Assembly (NCBI RefSeq): GCF_006345805.1
Contig: NW_021834163.1
Location: 1 to 51,776 of the forward strand
Direction of reading: 5' to 3'
DNA from: Octopus sinensis
Lineage: Eukaryota
Length of the DNA: 51,776 bases
The notes beneath the pieces are model-generated. The model saw nothing but the letters and a program-made list of their open reading frames with translations. It had not been told where the DNA came from and did not search any database. Positions 35,842 through 49,177 of this stretch are shown in pieces. Position numbers and translations under genes: made by a program. Each line of letters opens with the position of its first letter. The first letter of the stretch is position 1.

Positions 35842-37087
35842 AGAGAGATAGTTTAGAGATAGTAAACAGGTCCATATGATCAAAACCAGTGTGTCCACAC
35901 AATACTGATTTGAAAGAACTAAATCCTTTATGCAGGGACCAAACTACTCCGTCTATGTGGCGTTTTAAGAATTTCTAAAACAAGCCGTGGCATTTAAATA
36001 ACTCCAAGCTTTCAGTTGAAACATCAACAAATTTGAATTTCATTAGTGTCATAAAATTTAGTCCAGGGCGAATGATGATGGTGGGAATAATGTGAAATTC
36101 CTTGTAGAGTTATTCTCAGAATATATTTTGTAGTTTCAGCTAGTTATTTACATGGATCTTATCATGTTCATTCTAGTCACTGAAATATTTCACATGAACT
36201 CTTACAAGCTCTGTTGTTGCATAAGGGAACCATATTAATCTGATTACCAGCAGAAAACAGATGTTTCTCGTCTGAAATATCATCTCCACCGCTTATCTTC
36301 ATTTCTCTGATTAATATACCGAGTTGTTTTTTTTTCTTTTCTTTTTAACATAGGACAATTAAATTTTGGTTTTCACACCAAATCTCTATTTCTTCACTGA
36401 ATATATATGATAGTGTACTGAATTGACGACACTGCCATGTCAAACATAGAAAACTGGCCTAGAATATCTCTGTTACATTCGAAAAGTTTTAAAAGAAAAT
36501 TATATTGGCATGAAATATATTAAAATATATGACAAGAATTTGCAGTCAATGAGTTGGCATAAAGTGTTATTATGTTCATTAAGGATTATTAAAATAATTT
36601 TCGTCATATTTATAAATGCAACAAGTGTCAAGATATGTAAATTTTATTTTGATTGATGACGACGAAGAACATGGATGCGGTAAGATTGTGCGTCAACTGT
36701 GTATACAGTATGGGAAGAATGTTTAAAAAGTTCGTTTCGTAAACACGAAATCATGGGTTCAATTCCACTGTACGGCATCTTGAGAAAACGTTTTTTATTA
36801 TAGCTTCATGTGGATTCAAGTCTTGTAAGTAAAATTAGATAAATGGAAACTGTGTGGAAGCCTGTAGTTTGGAAATGTGATTCAAAGGAGAAGCCTTGCT
36901 ACACACTTTTTCGCAGCGATTCTACCTTCGAATTATGTTAATGGCGTTCGTGTCTGTGGAATGTTCAGCCACTTACACGCCAGATAAAGAGTTCAGTTGA
37001 TTAAATAACTGAGTACTCATCGTCGACACTGACAGAGATCCATTAATTTCCATTTTGCACAATATCTCAATTATACAACAAAATATT

Positions 37088-37526
37088 GATTTCAAATTTT
37101 GTCACAAGGCCAGTAACTTCAAAGGAGAAGGCAAGTCGATTACATCGACCCCAGCATTGCTGCTTCTTTTATCGAGTCCGAAAGGATGAAAGGCAAAGTC
37201 GACCTCGGCGGAATTTGAACTCAAGATGTAAAGACACACGAAACGCCGCTAAGCATTTCGCCCGATGTGCTAACGATTCTGCCAGCTGTTGCCTTAATTA
37301 TACAACTAAATATCCGTTTCCACTCTAGGCATAAGGCCCGAAATTTTGGGGGAAGGGCCAGTCGATTAGATCGACTCCAGTTCGCAACTGGTACTTAATT
37401 TATCGACCTCGAAAGGATGAAAGGCAAAGTCGACCTCGGCGGAATTTGAACTCAGAATGTAAATATACACGAAATGCCGCTAAGCATTTCGCCCGACGTA
37501 CTAACAATTCTACAAGCTGTTGCCTT
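37088..37526 (-). mobile_element. Two tandem Nin-like tRNA SINEs
   Basis: Copies at ~37088-37293 and ~37324-37526; both are followed by gctgttgccttaattatacaactaaatatc. Confidence 0.8.
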
Positions 37527-38184
37527 AATTATACAACTAAATATCAAACGTCTAATGAGTTCGTGTAGAAGTCCTCCAGAAAGTATAGAAATTATTTTCC
37601 CTATAACCATGCAATCAACTCTGATATTAGAGACATCCTTTACGACTCCGTTTTACAGGCGGGGAAATATATTTGTGCGATATTCATAATTTTCTTTGAA
37701 GTTTATGAAACAGCTACAACTAGGACCGAAACCTTGCCATATAATTGTCTTATTGAAAGACTACTGTTTCCTTTTCGCTCTTCAGTTTATGCTTCAGAGT
37801 GGTGAGGGCATAATTTAAGTAATGAAGTTCACTTTTGTATAAAGTGTGTATATATATCATAGTGTGAGCATTACTGTGGACGTAGATGTATGTGTAATGA
37901 CCAGTGTGTGCGTGTGTAAATACCAGTGCGTTAGTGTATATCGTCGTCATCGTCGCCGTCGTCCTCTTCTTCCTCCTCCTCCTCACCACCACCGCCGCCA
38001 CCACCACCACCACCACCACCACCGCCACCACACCAACGCAGTCGAGTTTCTAATTGTTCCAGTGTCATGGCCTTCATTTGAAAACTGAATGAGAGACTGC
38101 ATCCGGCGCATATGTTCTCAATAAAATGATGTTAAATATTGGATACAATCCCTTTGTCTGTTTGGAGCGTTGACTGCAGCAGCC

Positions 38185-38245
<61 letters not shown>

Positions 38246-38761
38246 AGCGACACACAGACAAACAAAAAGACAGGAGGATGAATCTAGATAAACACTTTAC
38301 AAGTCAGATAGATAACGGTATTGAAAAAAAATGATTTCCTAAATTAGAACCAGAATAAATATTTGTTGAGGTGGAATACCATCAACGGGATTGGAACCAT
38401 TAAATGGTTTTTATATTGATATCAGCGCTGAATGTACGGCTTATTCGACTCTAAATAGCCTTCTGGAAGACAATCTGACCAAACTCATTTCTGTTTTCAC
38501 ATCCATCACCGTTTTATATAAACATGCAAACATACATACACTCATGCTCATATGTATGTAGGTACATATATACACTCATTCTCGTACATTGACACGCAAA
38601 AAGACACGTTCGCACGCCACACATACACACACTCACGTAGGTACGCACACTCACATACTTGCTCCGAGGACGTGTGTTGAAACTGAACTAACCATTTAAT
38701 AACCTACAAACCTGATTAAATACTTTGTAAATTGCGAATTTATTTTATGAAGAATCAATTA

Positions 38762-39294
38762 CGAGGGTGAGTCAAAAAGTAATGCCATTTTGTTTAGGAC
38801 AGGTATAATTACCAACACAGGAACATATATCATACATCAAAATGAAACTGGTCCTCTGTGGATCACGTCCCTGCTTCTCAACATAGTCACCGTTTCTCTC
38901 AATAGCAATGTTCCACCTTCGAATGAGAGCATGTATCCTCGCCCCGTAAAATTCTGTTGACTGAGCCACTTCTTCACTACAGTTTTCACTTCCTCGTCAC
39001 TGGAATAATGTTTGCCTCTCAAACCTTCTTTAGTGGGGCCGAAGAGATGATAGTCTGAAGTGAAAACTGTAGTGAAGAAGTGGCTCAATGAACCGTCATC
39101 AGAATTTTATGGGGCAGGGATTCATGCTCTCATTCTGAGGTGGAACATTGCTATTGAGAGAAACGTTGACTATGTTAAGAAGTAGGGATGTGATCCGCAG
39201 ATGACCAGCTTCATTTCGATGCATGATACATGTTCCTGTGTTGGTAATTATACCTGTCCTAAACAAAATGGCATTACTTTTTGACTCACCCTCG
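38762..39294. mobile_element. Mariner-derived palindromic element made of two transposon 3' ends
   Basis: TA|cgagggtgagtcaaaaagtaatgcc ... ggcattactttttgactcaccctcg|TA. Arms encode the mariner C-terminus (SDYHLFGP..LRGKHY..EEVK..WL..RW...I...GDYVEK). Confidence 0.9.
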
Positions 39295-39661
39295 TACTTG
39301 TCGTTTCTTCTAGGACTCAGTTTTGTTTTTCATTTTCTTTTTTTTTTCCTGATGAAAATATGGGTTTGTTCTGTTCGAACAGATTGTCTTTGGCCTCATG
39401 CCATCAGCCATTTATTGGTCATCGTTGGCCATTTAGAACTTCTATTTTTCTTTTTTGCTCGCAACTTTGAAAATATCAGTCATCATTCCTTCTTTTTAGT
39501 ATTCTAGTTCACATTTTTAGTCCTAAAATAGACAGACACCGTACATATAGATAAGACCCTCACTGCAGAACAAACCCGTTCTAGGAATAAGTTGTTTCCT
39601 TTGAAGGGTTACGAATTGAAAAACATTAAAAAATATAAAAGGGGAAGAACCTTGAAAATAT

Positions 39662-40150
39662 AGGCTCAAGTGTGGCTGCGTGGCAAGAAGTTTGCTTCCC
39701 AACAACATGGCTCCGGATTCAGACCCACTGCTTGGCATCTTGGGCCTTCTGCTATTGCCTCGAGTCGACCAAAGCTTTGTGAAAGGATTTAGTAAACGGA
39801 AACTGAAAGAAAACCCTCGTATACATACATACATACATACATACATACATACATACATACATACATACATACATACATACAAACATACATACATACATAC
39901 ATACATACACGCACACATATATATAAGCGTGTGTGTGTGCGTGTGTGTTTGGCCCCCACCATTGCTTGGCGACTGGCATTAGTGTGTTTACGCCCTCGTA
40001 ACCTAGTGGTTCGGCATACGAGATTGATATAGTAAATACCAGGGTTAAAAAAATAAGTACACGGGTCGATTCATTCGACAAAAATTCCTCAAAGCGATGC
40101 CCCAGTTTGGTCGCAGTCCAATGACTGAAACAAATAAAAGATAAAAAATA
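39662..40150 (+). mobile_element. tRNA-derived CORE-like SINE with internal microsatellite
   Basis: gtggctgcgtggcaagaag..ggattcagaccc head; tail gcgatgccccag..gcagtccaatgactgaaac-aaataaaaga. Confidence 0.75.
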
Positions 40151-41777
40151 GATAAAAGATATTAAAAAAATATGGTTAAAAGGAGAGAAGGAGACTACAT
40201 AGAATTGAATATAGAAGGTTATTAATTTTTATAGGTGGAAGACGAGTGGTTATAGTGGATTAAATTTAAAGACAGAAACAGAATGATTGTAGATTTTTCT
40301 GGAGAAAAGTTGACTATCGAGCCATCCTGCTAATGGAAATGTGTATGGAAAGAAAAAGAGTTGCATAATGTCAAAAAGTGTACTGTCAAAAATATAAACA
40401 TAATGATATAATGAATAAAGGAATACTTCTAGCAAGAAAAGTTAGGTAATGTCTTCCAGTGATATAGGAGACACTTGCCGCTGTGGTGACATTTAATAAT
40501 TATCTCTGGTCTAATGTTTAGATGGTTTGCAGATTATTAACACGTTAATAGATCTAAACTATCTAAAAATTTAGACTAAAATATTTACGAATGCCGAGAC
40601 TAAGACAAGCATCTCCTGAAAAACTGGACGATTATGCCACCACTTAATTGATCGGATGTATACTTAACTTTTTAGATAAATCATTCTCATTATATATTAT
40701 TTAACAATATATTTTTGACATCTTGCAACTATTTATCTTTCCATGCTCCTTACCATTTGGCAGAGTGCTTCAACAGTTAGCTGTTCATGGGAAATATTCA
40801 CATTCTCACTACTTCCTTATTTAGCTTTCAACAATTATAGTCACTCATCATCTCATTAAAACAATGATACATTCTCTCTTACTTTATATTTTCAACTCTT
40901 TACCCTTCTATAATCGTTTCCATGTGGTGTACTCTTCTCCCTCGTCAAGATAAAAAAAATTTTATATATTTTTATATCCTTCAACATTTTATATAATTTT
41001 ACATCTCTCAGATTTGATGCTCTTAACTACCCAATGGAATGACTAACCCTAACAATATTAATATAAAATTAGTTATAATTAATATATCTTTTATTTGTTT
41101 TTGTTTTTAACCAAGATTGTTTAACTGGACTCTTCACACACCAACAACATATATCTCGGATATATATTAACTGATTCATATTTGTCGTTTGGCCAATGCT
41201 TAAGCATTAGCTAAGCATTAGATTTGGAGTTGTGATGTATTATCATGACCAGAATGTGTGTGTGTGTTCTCATCAGTTTTTAATGAATTGAAATCTTCCT
41301 TCTAATAAAGATAAAAAGATACAAAGCTTCGCCGTTGCGATTTGGATAACATAGACATATTCACATTTTAAATTTGAGAAATGTCTCGCACACTTTTACT
41401 GTTCCGCTTACAGATTGTAATTATAATATTCGAATTAGCTAGTTGATGTCTTCTACTAAAAATCCTAGCTTATCCACATTGTCACTTAACCAAGCACACC
41501 AACCATTAAGACAAAAAATACTACGTTAAGCCCTTTCTGAGATACATTTGGTTTGAAAAGAAAGCGGATAAAGCATCCTCCAATAAAATATCCTGTTACA
41601 AAGGCAAAGGCATAGAATTCCACACCTCGTTACAGTTATCTATGTGCACCTGGAAACTTCCTGAGCTTCATCTTGTCAGTTCATAGTTTGTCTTGTTTAC
41701 TTTAAGCAATCAAAAGTGAAAAGACTTCTTGTTTTTGAGCTGCCTGTATATGTGTGTGTGTGTGTGTCTGTGTACAA

Positions 41778-42202
41778 GGCGCAGGAGTGGCTGTGTGGTA
41801 AGTAGCTTGCTAACCAACCACATGGTTCCGGGTTCAGTCCTACTGGATAGCACCTTGAGCGAGTGCCTTCTACTATAGCCTCAGGCTGACCAAAGCCTTG
41901 TGAGTGGATATGGTTGATGGAAACTGAAAGAAGCCCGTCTTATATATATATGTGAGTGTGCGCGCGCGCGCGCGCGTGTGTGTGTGTTTGTGTGCCCGTG
42001 TTTGGTACGTAAACACACCACCATCGCTTGACAACTGATGGTGGTGTGTTTACGTCCCCGTAACGTGGCGGTTCGGCAAAAAAGACTGATAGAACAGGTA
42101 CTAGGCTTACAAGAATAAATCCTGGGGTTGATTTGCTCGACTAAAAGCGATGCTCCGGCATGGCCGCAATCAAATGACTGAAACAAGTAAAAGAGTAAAA
42201 GA
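41778..42202 (+). mobile_element. tRNA-derived CORE-like SINE
   Basis: ggcgcaggagtggctgtgtggtaag (A box), ggttcagtcc (B box), caccttgagcgagtg (CORE-like), tail atgactgaaacaagtaaaagag. Confidence 0.8.
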
Positions 42203-42225
42203 ATATATATATATATATATATACA

Positions 42226-42311
42226 ACTAAAAATAAGGGTGTCTGAGAGACACCACCATGCCGAAATAGCAGTCAAATCCCTTACTGTATGTATGTATGT
42301 ATGTATGTATG

Positions 42312-42343
<32 letters not shown>

Positions 42344-42617
42344 GACGATCGTATATGTAAGTATAACGTTTGTTCTGTATATATATATTTGTATTTATGT
42401 GCCCATCTGATATATTCAACTGATGAAGGCAACGCTTATTTGAAGCAAAGCTAAAAAATCCAGAATCTTGAATTATTCAGTATTATTTTTTGCTAGTCTA
42501 TTTTGTCCCTCTGTCTTATCTCGTGGTGCGATATGAACATTTAAGGTAGTTCTTAGAGTCAGGGATTTGACTGCTATTTCGGCATGGTGGTGTCTCTCAG
42601 ATACCCTTATTTTTAGT
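42226..42617 (+). mobile_element. Inverted-repeat element with a truncated hammerhead core
   Basis: 57-bp arms 42226-42282 and 42561-42617 (1 mismatch); CTGATGA at 42420-42426; (TA)n nearby on both sides. Confidence 0.7.
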
Positions 42618-42705
42618 GGCAAAAAATTATTACCTTTGTATGGTATTTATTCCCATGCTGGCCACTTGATAATACCGATATTTAAATATCGATATTATCC
42701 TTATT

Positions 42706-42783
<78 letters not shown>

Positions 42784-42825
42784 AACCACTGAACTCTAAA
42801 CAGTTTTTCTCTCTCCGATATTTTC

Positions 42826-43049
42826 ATTCTTTTACTCTTACTCTTACTCTTACTCTTTTACTTGTTTCAGTCATTTGACTGCGGCCATGCTGGAGCACCG
42901 CCTTTAGTCGAGCAAATCGACCCCGGGACTTATTCTTTCTTAGCCCAGTACTTATTCTATCCGTCTCTTTTGCCGAACCGCTAAGTGACGGGGACCGTAA
43001 ACACACCAGTATCGGTTGTCAAGCAATGCTAGGGGGACAAACACACACA

Positions 43050-43098
<49 letters not shown>

Positions 43099-43270
43099 AT
43101 ACATATATACAGGGTTCTTTCAGTTTCCGTCTACCAAATCCACTCACAAGGCATTGGTCGGCCCGGGGCTATAGCAGAAGACACTTGCCCAAGATGCCAC
43201 GCAGTGGGACAGAACCCGGAACCATGTGGCTGGTTAGCAAGCTACTTACCACACAGCCACTCCTGCGCCT
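42826..43270 (-). mobile_element. tRNA-derived CORE-like SINE
   Basis: Reverse-orientation copy of 41778-42202. Confidence 0.8.
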
Positions 43271-43403
43271 ATTCTCTCCATTTTTCTCCCTTATTCCTTT
43301 CCGTCGAAGAGCGTTAAACTAATACACCCGCTTGTTGTTCCTATACCTGTCTTCATCGTTTGTTTTTCAATAAATCTGAACTACACACACACACACACAC
43401 ACA

Positions 43404-43470
<67 letters not shown>

Positions 43471-43748
43471 TACGACAGGGTTCTTTCAGTTTCCGTCTAC
43501 CAAATCCACTCACAAGGCATTGGTCGGCCCGGGGCTATAGCAGAAGACACTTGCCCAAGATGCCACGCAGTGGGACAGAACCCGGAACCATGTGGCTGGT
43601 TAGCAAGCTACTTACCACACAGCCACTCCTGCGCCTATTCTCTCCATTTTTCTCCCTTATTCCTTTCCGTCGAAGAGCGTTAAACTAATACACCCGCTTG
43701 TTGTTCCTATACCTGTCTTCATCGTTTGTTTTTCAATAAATCTGAACT

Positions 43749-43770
<22 letters not shown>
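43045..43770. repeat. Recent ~366-bp tandem duplication (SINE 5' half plus flank)
   Basis: 43111-43390 is essentially identical to 43478-43757; bounded by CA/TA microsatellites. Confidence 0.9.
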
Positions 43771-43779
<9 letters not shown>

Positions 43780-44038
43780 TATATATGTACGTATGTGTGT
43801 GTATGTGTGTGTGTGTGTGTGTGCGTGTGTATGTGTGATCGTATGTATGCTTAAAGTCATTTGTGGCATCTTATATTTTATTAATTATTCTTGTTATTCC
43901 GCAAAACGTATGTAAAGACCCTTCCACCATATTTTAAATATATTACAATATCACGTATTATGCAACGTATGCATTTCTTCAAGTGTGGAGTTAACAAGTA
44001 AGATATTAAAAATAAAAGGAAAAGGGAGAGAAATAAAT

Positions 44039-44081
<43 letters not shown>

Positions 44082-44451
44082 ACACAGAGAGGTAATGAGA
44101 TAGAAGGAAGAGAAGAAAAAGAGAGAGAACTTTAGGAAATATTGTCTTGTGAAGTGTATATATATATCGATGGATATATAAACTCTACACCGTGTATTGA
44201 GTGCTTCTCGTTTTGTTTGTAAACAATAGCCTTTCGCTTCATATGTTTGTGCGTGTGTGAATGTATATGTATGCGTGTGTATGTAGCTCCGTACACCTGC
44301 GTCAGTGTGTGTGTGTGTGTGTGTTTGTGTGTGTGCCCCCATGTGCAAGTATAAATAGCTGGATTAGATAAATGACAAAAAACGAGAGGAAGAACGAAAC
44401 TTCTATGAGAAGATGAAAAAAGCGCAAAATGGCTCGGTCATATTATCAATG

Positions 44452-44856
44452 AAGGAGATGGAGAGAGAGAGGGAGAGAGAGAGATTGAGAAGAGACAAAG
44501 AATGGGAAAGGGAGAAAGACACACAGTGAGAGAGAGAAAGAGAGAAAGCATGGGAAAATGAGAGAGAGAAAGAAAGAATGAGAAACTGAGAGAGAGAGAG
44601 AGAGAGAAACAAAGAATGGGAAAATGAAAGAGAGAGAGAGTGAGAAGGAAAGAATGGGAAAATGAGAGAGAGAGAGAAAGAATGGGGAAAAGAGAGAGAA
44701 ATAAAGAATGGGAAAATAAGAGAGAGAGTGAGAAAGAAAGAATGGGAAAATGAGAGAGAGAGAGAGAAAGAATGGGAAAAAGAGAGAGAAATAAAGAATG
44801 GGAAAATAAGAGAGAGAGAGAGTGAGAAAGAAAGGATGGGAAAATGGGAGAGAGAA
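44452..44856. repeat. Purine-rich minisatellite (aaagaatgggaaaat(ga)n)
   Basis: About 10 degenerate units. Confidence 0.85.
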
Positions 44857-45182
44857 GTGCACCAACATGAGGTGGGAGAGTGTGAAGTGACAACATCCTG
44901 ACCTAAAAACCAATTCCATTACTGGTGTTCTTTGCATGCAATTGTTCATTGAACTAATTACTACCGTCCTCATTATATAAGCTGGCACCATCCGTGCCAA
45001 ATGTGACATTTAACACAGTTGAAATTGCAGCGACTACATTCTGGTTAGAAGCAGACCAAGTACTTCAGTTACCATATTAAACTTTATTCTGAAGAATTCT
45101 GTTATTCTCAAAACTTGTGATATTCTTACAACTATAATTCCAGGACGGGATGCCACTAAGCAGTGTATTATTGTATAAGCGC

Positions 45183-45770
45183 GTATGTATGTATGTATGT
45201 ATGTATGTATGTATGTATGTATGTATGTATGTATGTATGTATGTATGTATGTATGTATGTATGTATGTATGTATGTTTGCATATGTATGTATTTATGTAT
45301 GTATGTATGTATGTATGTATGCATATGTATGTATGCATGTATGTATGTATGTATGTATGTATGTATGTATGTATGTATGCATGTGTATGTATGTATGCAT
45401 CTATGTATGTACGTATGTATGTATGCATATGTATGTATGTACGTATGTATGTATGCATATGTATGTATGTACGTATGTATGCATGTATATATGTATGCAT
45501 GTATGTATGTATGTATGCATGTGTATGTATGTACGTATGTATGTATGTATGCATATGTATGTATGTATGTATGTATGTATGCATGTATGTATGTATGTAT
45601 GCATGTGTATGTATGTATGTATGCATCTATGTATGTATGTATGTATGTATGTATGTACGTATGCATATGTATGTATGTTTGTATGTATGTATGTATGTAT
45701 GTATGTATGTATGCATGTATGTATGTATGTGCATGTGTGTGTGCATATGTGTGTGTGTTTGTGTGTGTGT
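45183..45770. repeat. (GTAT)n compound microsatellite
   Basis: Direct reading. Confidence 0.95.
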
Positions 45771-46024
45771 ACACGCTGGTAGACATCAATTTCTGTCATT
45801 ATCTCTGTGCTGCCATCTTTGATACATAACAGTTAACAGTAAGTGTAGGGGGTGGGGGGTGAGAACAATACAACAAAGTTGTCTTTTAAAGATTTGAGGT
45901 GAGAAAATCTTAAATGCAAAAACAGCAACCATCTGTTAATGCTTGGTTTATTATAACGTATTCTTTGGCAATTCTGGGGGTTTAGGAGTCAAGAATGATT
46001 GTCCTCCAGAATTTATAGCTGTGG

Positions 46025-46628
46025 ACATACATACATACATACATACATACATACATACATACATACATACATACATACATACATACACTCTGTTGTTGAT
46101 ATTAAAATTCCAATGAAGGAGCCTTTGATCTAGGATAGAAACCGGCTCTTTCTCTATTGGCAAGAAATCTTGAAATAAAACTGGAAAACGACATATACAT
46201 ACATAAATACATACATACATACATACATACATAAATACATACATACATACATACATACATCATACATACATACATACATACATACATCATACATACATAC
46301 ATACATACATACATACATACATACACTCTGTTGTTGATATTAAAATTCCAATGAAGGAGCCTTTGATCTAGGATAGAAACCGGCTCTTTCTCTATTGGCA
46401 AGAAATCTTGAAATAAAACTGGAAAACGACATATACATACATAAATACATACATACATACATACATAAATACATACATACATACATACATACATACATAC
46501 ATACATACATACATACCCTGTTGTTGATATTGAAACTCCAATGAAAGAGCCTTGGATCTAGGTTAGAAACCGGTCCTTTCTCTATTGGCAAGAGATCTTG
46601 AAATAAAACTGAATAATGACATACATAC
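46025..46628 (+). repeat. Three tandem ~105-bp units separated by (ATAC)n
   Basis: Units at 46088-46192, 46326-46430 and 46516-46620. Confidence 0.9.
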
Positions 46629-46866
46629 GTAAAGCCAGAATAACAAAAAGTGTCCTGAGATTATGAAACTGACAGCTGTCTGCATTTAACAAGACCATGT
46701 CTCACAATGCTTTTGCAGTGTCAGTGCTACTACCGACATATGCGATATTAGACTGTGGTCTTGGCCATCAGCCTGGACATCAAAACTAGAGAGATAATAA
46801 CCACCACTGGTAACTTTCACATTAACAGCGTTCTCATTCCTAAGGTATTTTTCGATATTATTATTA

Positions 46867-46939
<73 letters not shown>

Positions 46940-46994
46940 TCACTGCCTGGAATCGAACTCGGAATCTTAACCATTACGCCATATCCATCAAATG

Positions 46995-48125
46995 TAAATA
47001 ATGTAAATAATGTATTGTGATATTGTTATTCTTAATTAGTTTTCCTCTTTTCAAGGTTACTCTAGTACATTTTTCTAGCCCAAATTTCATATTCATATAT
47101 CTGGTAAACCCATACACTGTCTATAGCGAAGATTCCAGTTGTCTATCATTTGCAGCAAACGGTTTGTGTTTCATATACAAGAGATGGTTGGTGGTTTTAT
47201 CAGCAGTTAAAGGCAGTCAGACAATGAATGCTGAGAGTGTGTATCCTTGGAATATTCCTCTTCTAGTGAGGATGGATTTAGTTTCTATAATTCCCTTATT
47301 TTCTGTAGCTGTACATATTTTTGCCATTTATTCATGACACGTTTTATATATTTTATGACCCCAGCCTCAGCGAAGGCGGAGGTATTATTTTCAGTCGTGT
47401 TTGTTTGCTTGCTTGTCCGTGGACAAGATATCTTAAGAACCGCTAGATGGATTCGGATGAAACTTTCAAAGATATTTGACCTCGTGACCGGCACAAACTG
47501 ATTAGATTTTGGGATCGATCTGGTACCGGATAAGGATTCTGGATTATTTCTCCTGTTTGTTTCACTTAATTTTTGAAAGCGGTCGGGTTCATTTTTAATA
47601 TTCTCGTTTGTGAAACCAGTTGAGTTTATTTCAGATATTCTCATTTTAAAAATTATCTCTGGCTAATCGTTGAGAGGACGTTGGCTTTATCTTGGCGGAG
47701 GTTTGCGCTTTCTGGGTGCTCTTGTTATTGTTGTTATTATTATTGTTATTGTTGTTTCCAGGATCCATGTGTGGGGAATACTGTCAAAAGATTTCTAGTA
47801 ATCTAGTCAAGCTATGCTTTAACCCTTGTTTTTCTTTCGGCAGTTATAGCTTTATTGATCAATAACTGATCTTTACAGTCATACGATTCTTTGCAGCAGC
47901 TCTTCTTCTTTTCTGGAAGCAGGTTGTTTTCGTCCAGATGTCTGCCCATTCGCTGCGATGTTATTGTAGTTAAGGCCTTATACGTTGAAGGGAGACAGGT
48001 TACAGGTCTGTAGTTTTTACAGCCTTGTAGTTTTCACAGATTTTGAGAATTAGAATGGTTTTTCCTTCTGTGAACCAACCAGGTGTTGCCTCTGGTCCCG
48101 TCAGCATCTCACTGAACTTCTCTGC

Positions 48126-48126
<1 letters not shown>
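46995..48126 (-). mobile_element. Decayed R4/Dong-like RT fragment interrupted by a Helentron-type insertion
   Basis: Homologous to 24450-25250 (NYRPVTCLP, CKDQLLINKA, FDSIPHTWI, RGIFQGYTLS); (TAT)n flanks. Confidence 0.75.
47354..47726 (+). mobile_element. Non-autonomous Helentron-associated element (HINE/DINE-1-like)
   Basis: 5' cctcagcgaaggcggaggtattattttc followed by (gttt)n; 3' cttggcggaggtttgcgctttctgggtgc hairpin ending in TT. Confidence 0.7.
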
Positions 48127-48163
<37 letters not shown>

Positions 48164-48194
48164 TATATTATTATTATTATTATTATTATCATTA

Positions 48195-48241
<47 letters not shown>

Positions 48242-48281
48242 TATTATTATTATTATTATTATATTATTATTATCATTATTA

Positions 48282-48320
<39 letters not shown>
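48127..48320. repeat. (TAT)n microsatellite ending ~40 bp before the SLC6 exon acceptor
   Basis: Direct reading. Confidence 0.95.
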
Positions 48321-48321
<1 letters not shown>

Positions 48322-48362
48322 TCCAGTCTAATTTTTTTAAAAATATCTATTATTTTTTCCAG

Positions 48363-48494
48363 GTGCATTTCTCCTTCCATATTTCATGACAGTGTTGGTA
48401 GCTGGAATACCAATGTATTTGTTGGAACTTACCCTTGGTCAGATGTGCAGCTCGGGTGGACTGACAGTCTGGAAAATCACACCAATCTTCAAGG
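48363..48494 (+). CDS. SLC6A1: Internal exon (TM2 region) of an SLC6 Na+/Cl- dependent GABA transporter 1-like gene
   Basis: ttttttccag acceptor and G|gtatga donor; 132 nt, phase 1-1. Translates (G)[43 protein letters not shown](G), matching the SLC6 GAFLIPYF...GIP...LE..LGQ...G...W...P.FKG signature, closest to GAT-type sequences as I recall them. Exact orthology is not established. Confidence 0.9.
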
Positions 48495-48914
48495 GTATGA
48501 GTTGTCTAGTTACATTTTACACTGATACCCGTATTTATTTACAGAAGCTAAAGCCAATTAATCGCAGGGAAGTTATGCATATCAGTTAATGTTTGTTGCC
48601 TTCCGACAGTTTAAACAAAAGAATAGTAAGACCTACATGACTCTTTTTAGATGAAGAGTTTTGGGGATAGAATATTGTTTCAAAGAGAAATATATTGAAA
48701 ACAGAGCAACAAAAATGGTGAATCGATTGAAATATTTTGAAATATCAAAACTACCGTTAAAACATTACTTCTCAAGGCCGTGCTCTTCACCATGCATCTA
48801 AATTAATCAGAGTCTTTGAGACAGTGAACAATAAAGATAAATATCCTGCGCATGCGAAAAATATTCCATTTCATAAGTATATTGATACATCTAGATATAA
48901 TGAGACATCCCACC

Positions 48915-48956
<42 letters not shown>

Positions 48957-49177
48957 GGTGGGATATACACACACACATGGATACATATAGCTAAATGTGT
49001 TCAGAAGAAAACGTGTACAAGCATATAGATATTTATATATATATATGTAGACAGGAATTAACATACATACATACATGCATACATACATACATACATACAT
49101 ACATACATACATACATTACCTTTACATATATATATATATATATATATATATGTAAAGGTAAGATCCAAGGATCAAGG

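Noticed and set aside
35956-35980. ATG TGG CGT TTT (WRF) as a candidate SLC6 TM1 exon
   Set aside because: Followed by KNF* and lacks the GNV/PYL context and splice sites.
46025-46628. Repeat-spacer pattern resembling a CRISPR array
   Set aside because: Repeats are ~105 bp, the spacers are microsatellite, the context is eukaryotic and there are no cas genes.
48321-48362. Alternative acceptor ttccag at 48326
   Set aside because: It would add 36 nt beginning GTC TAA, an immediate stop.
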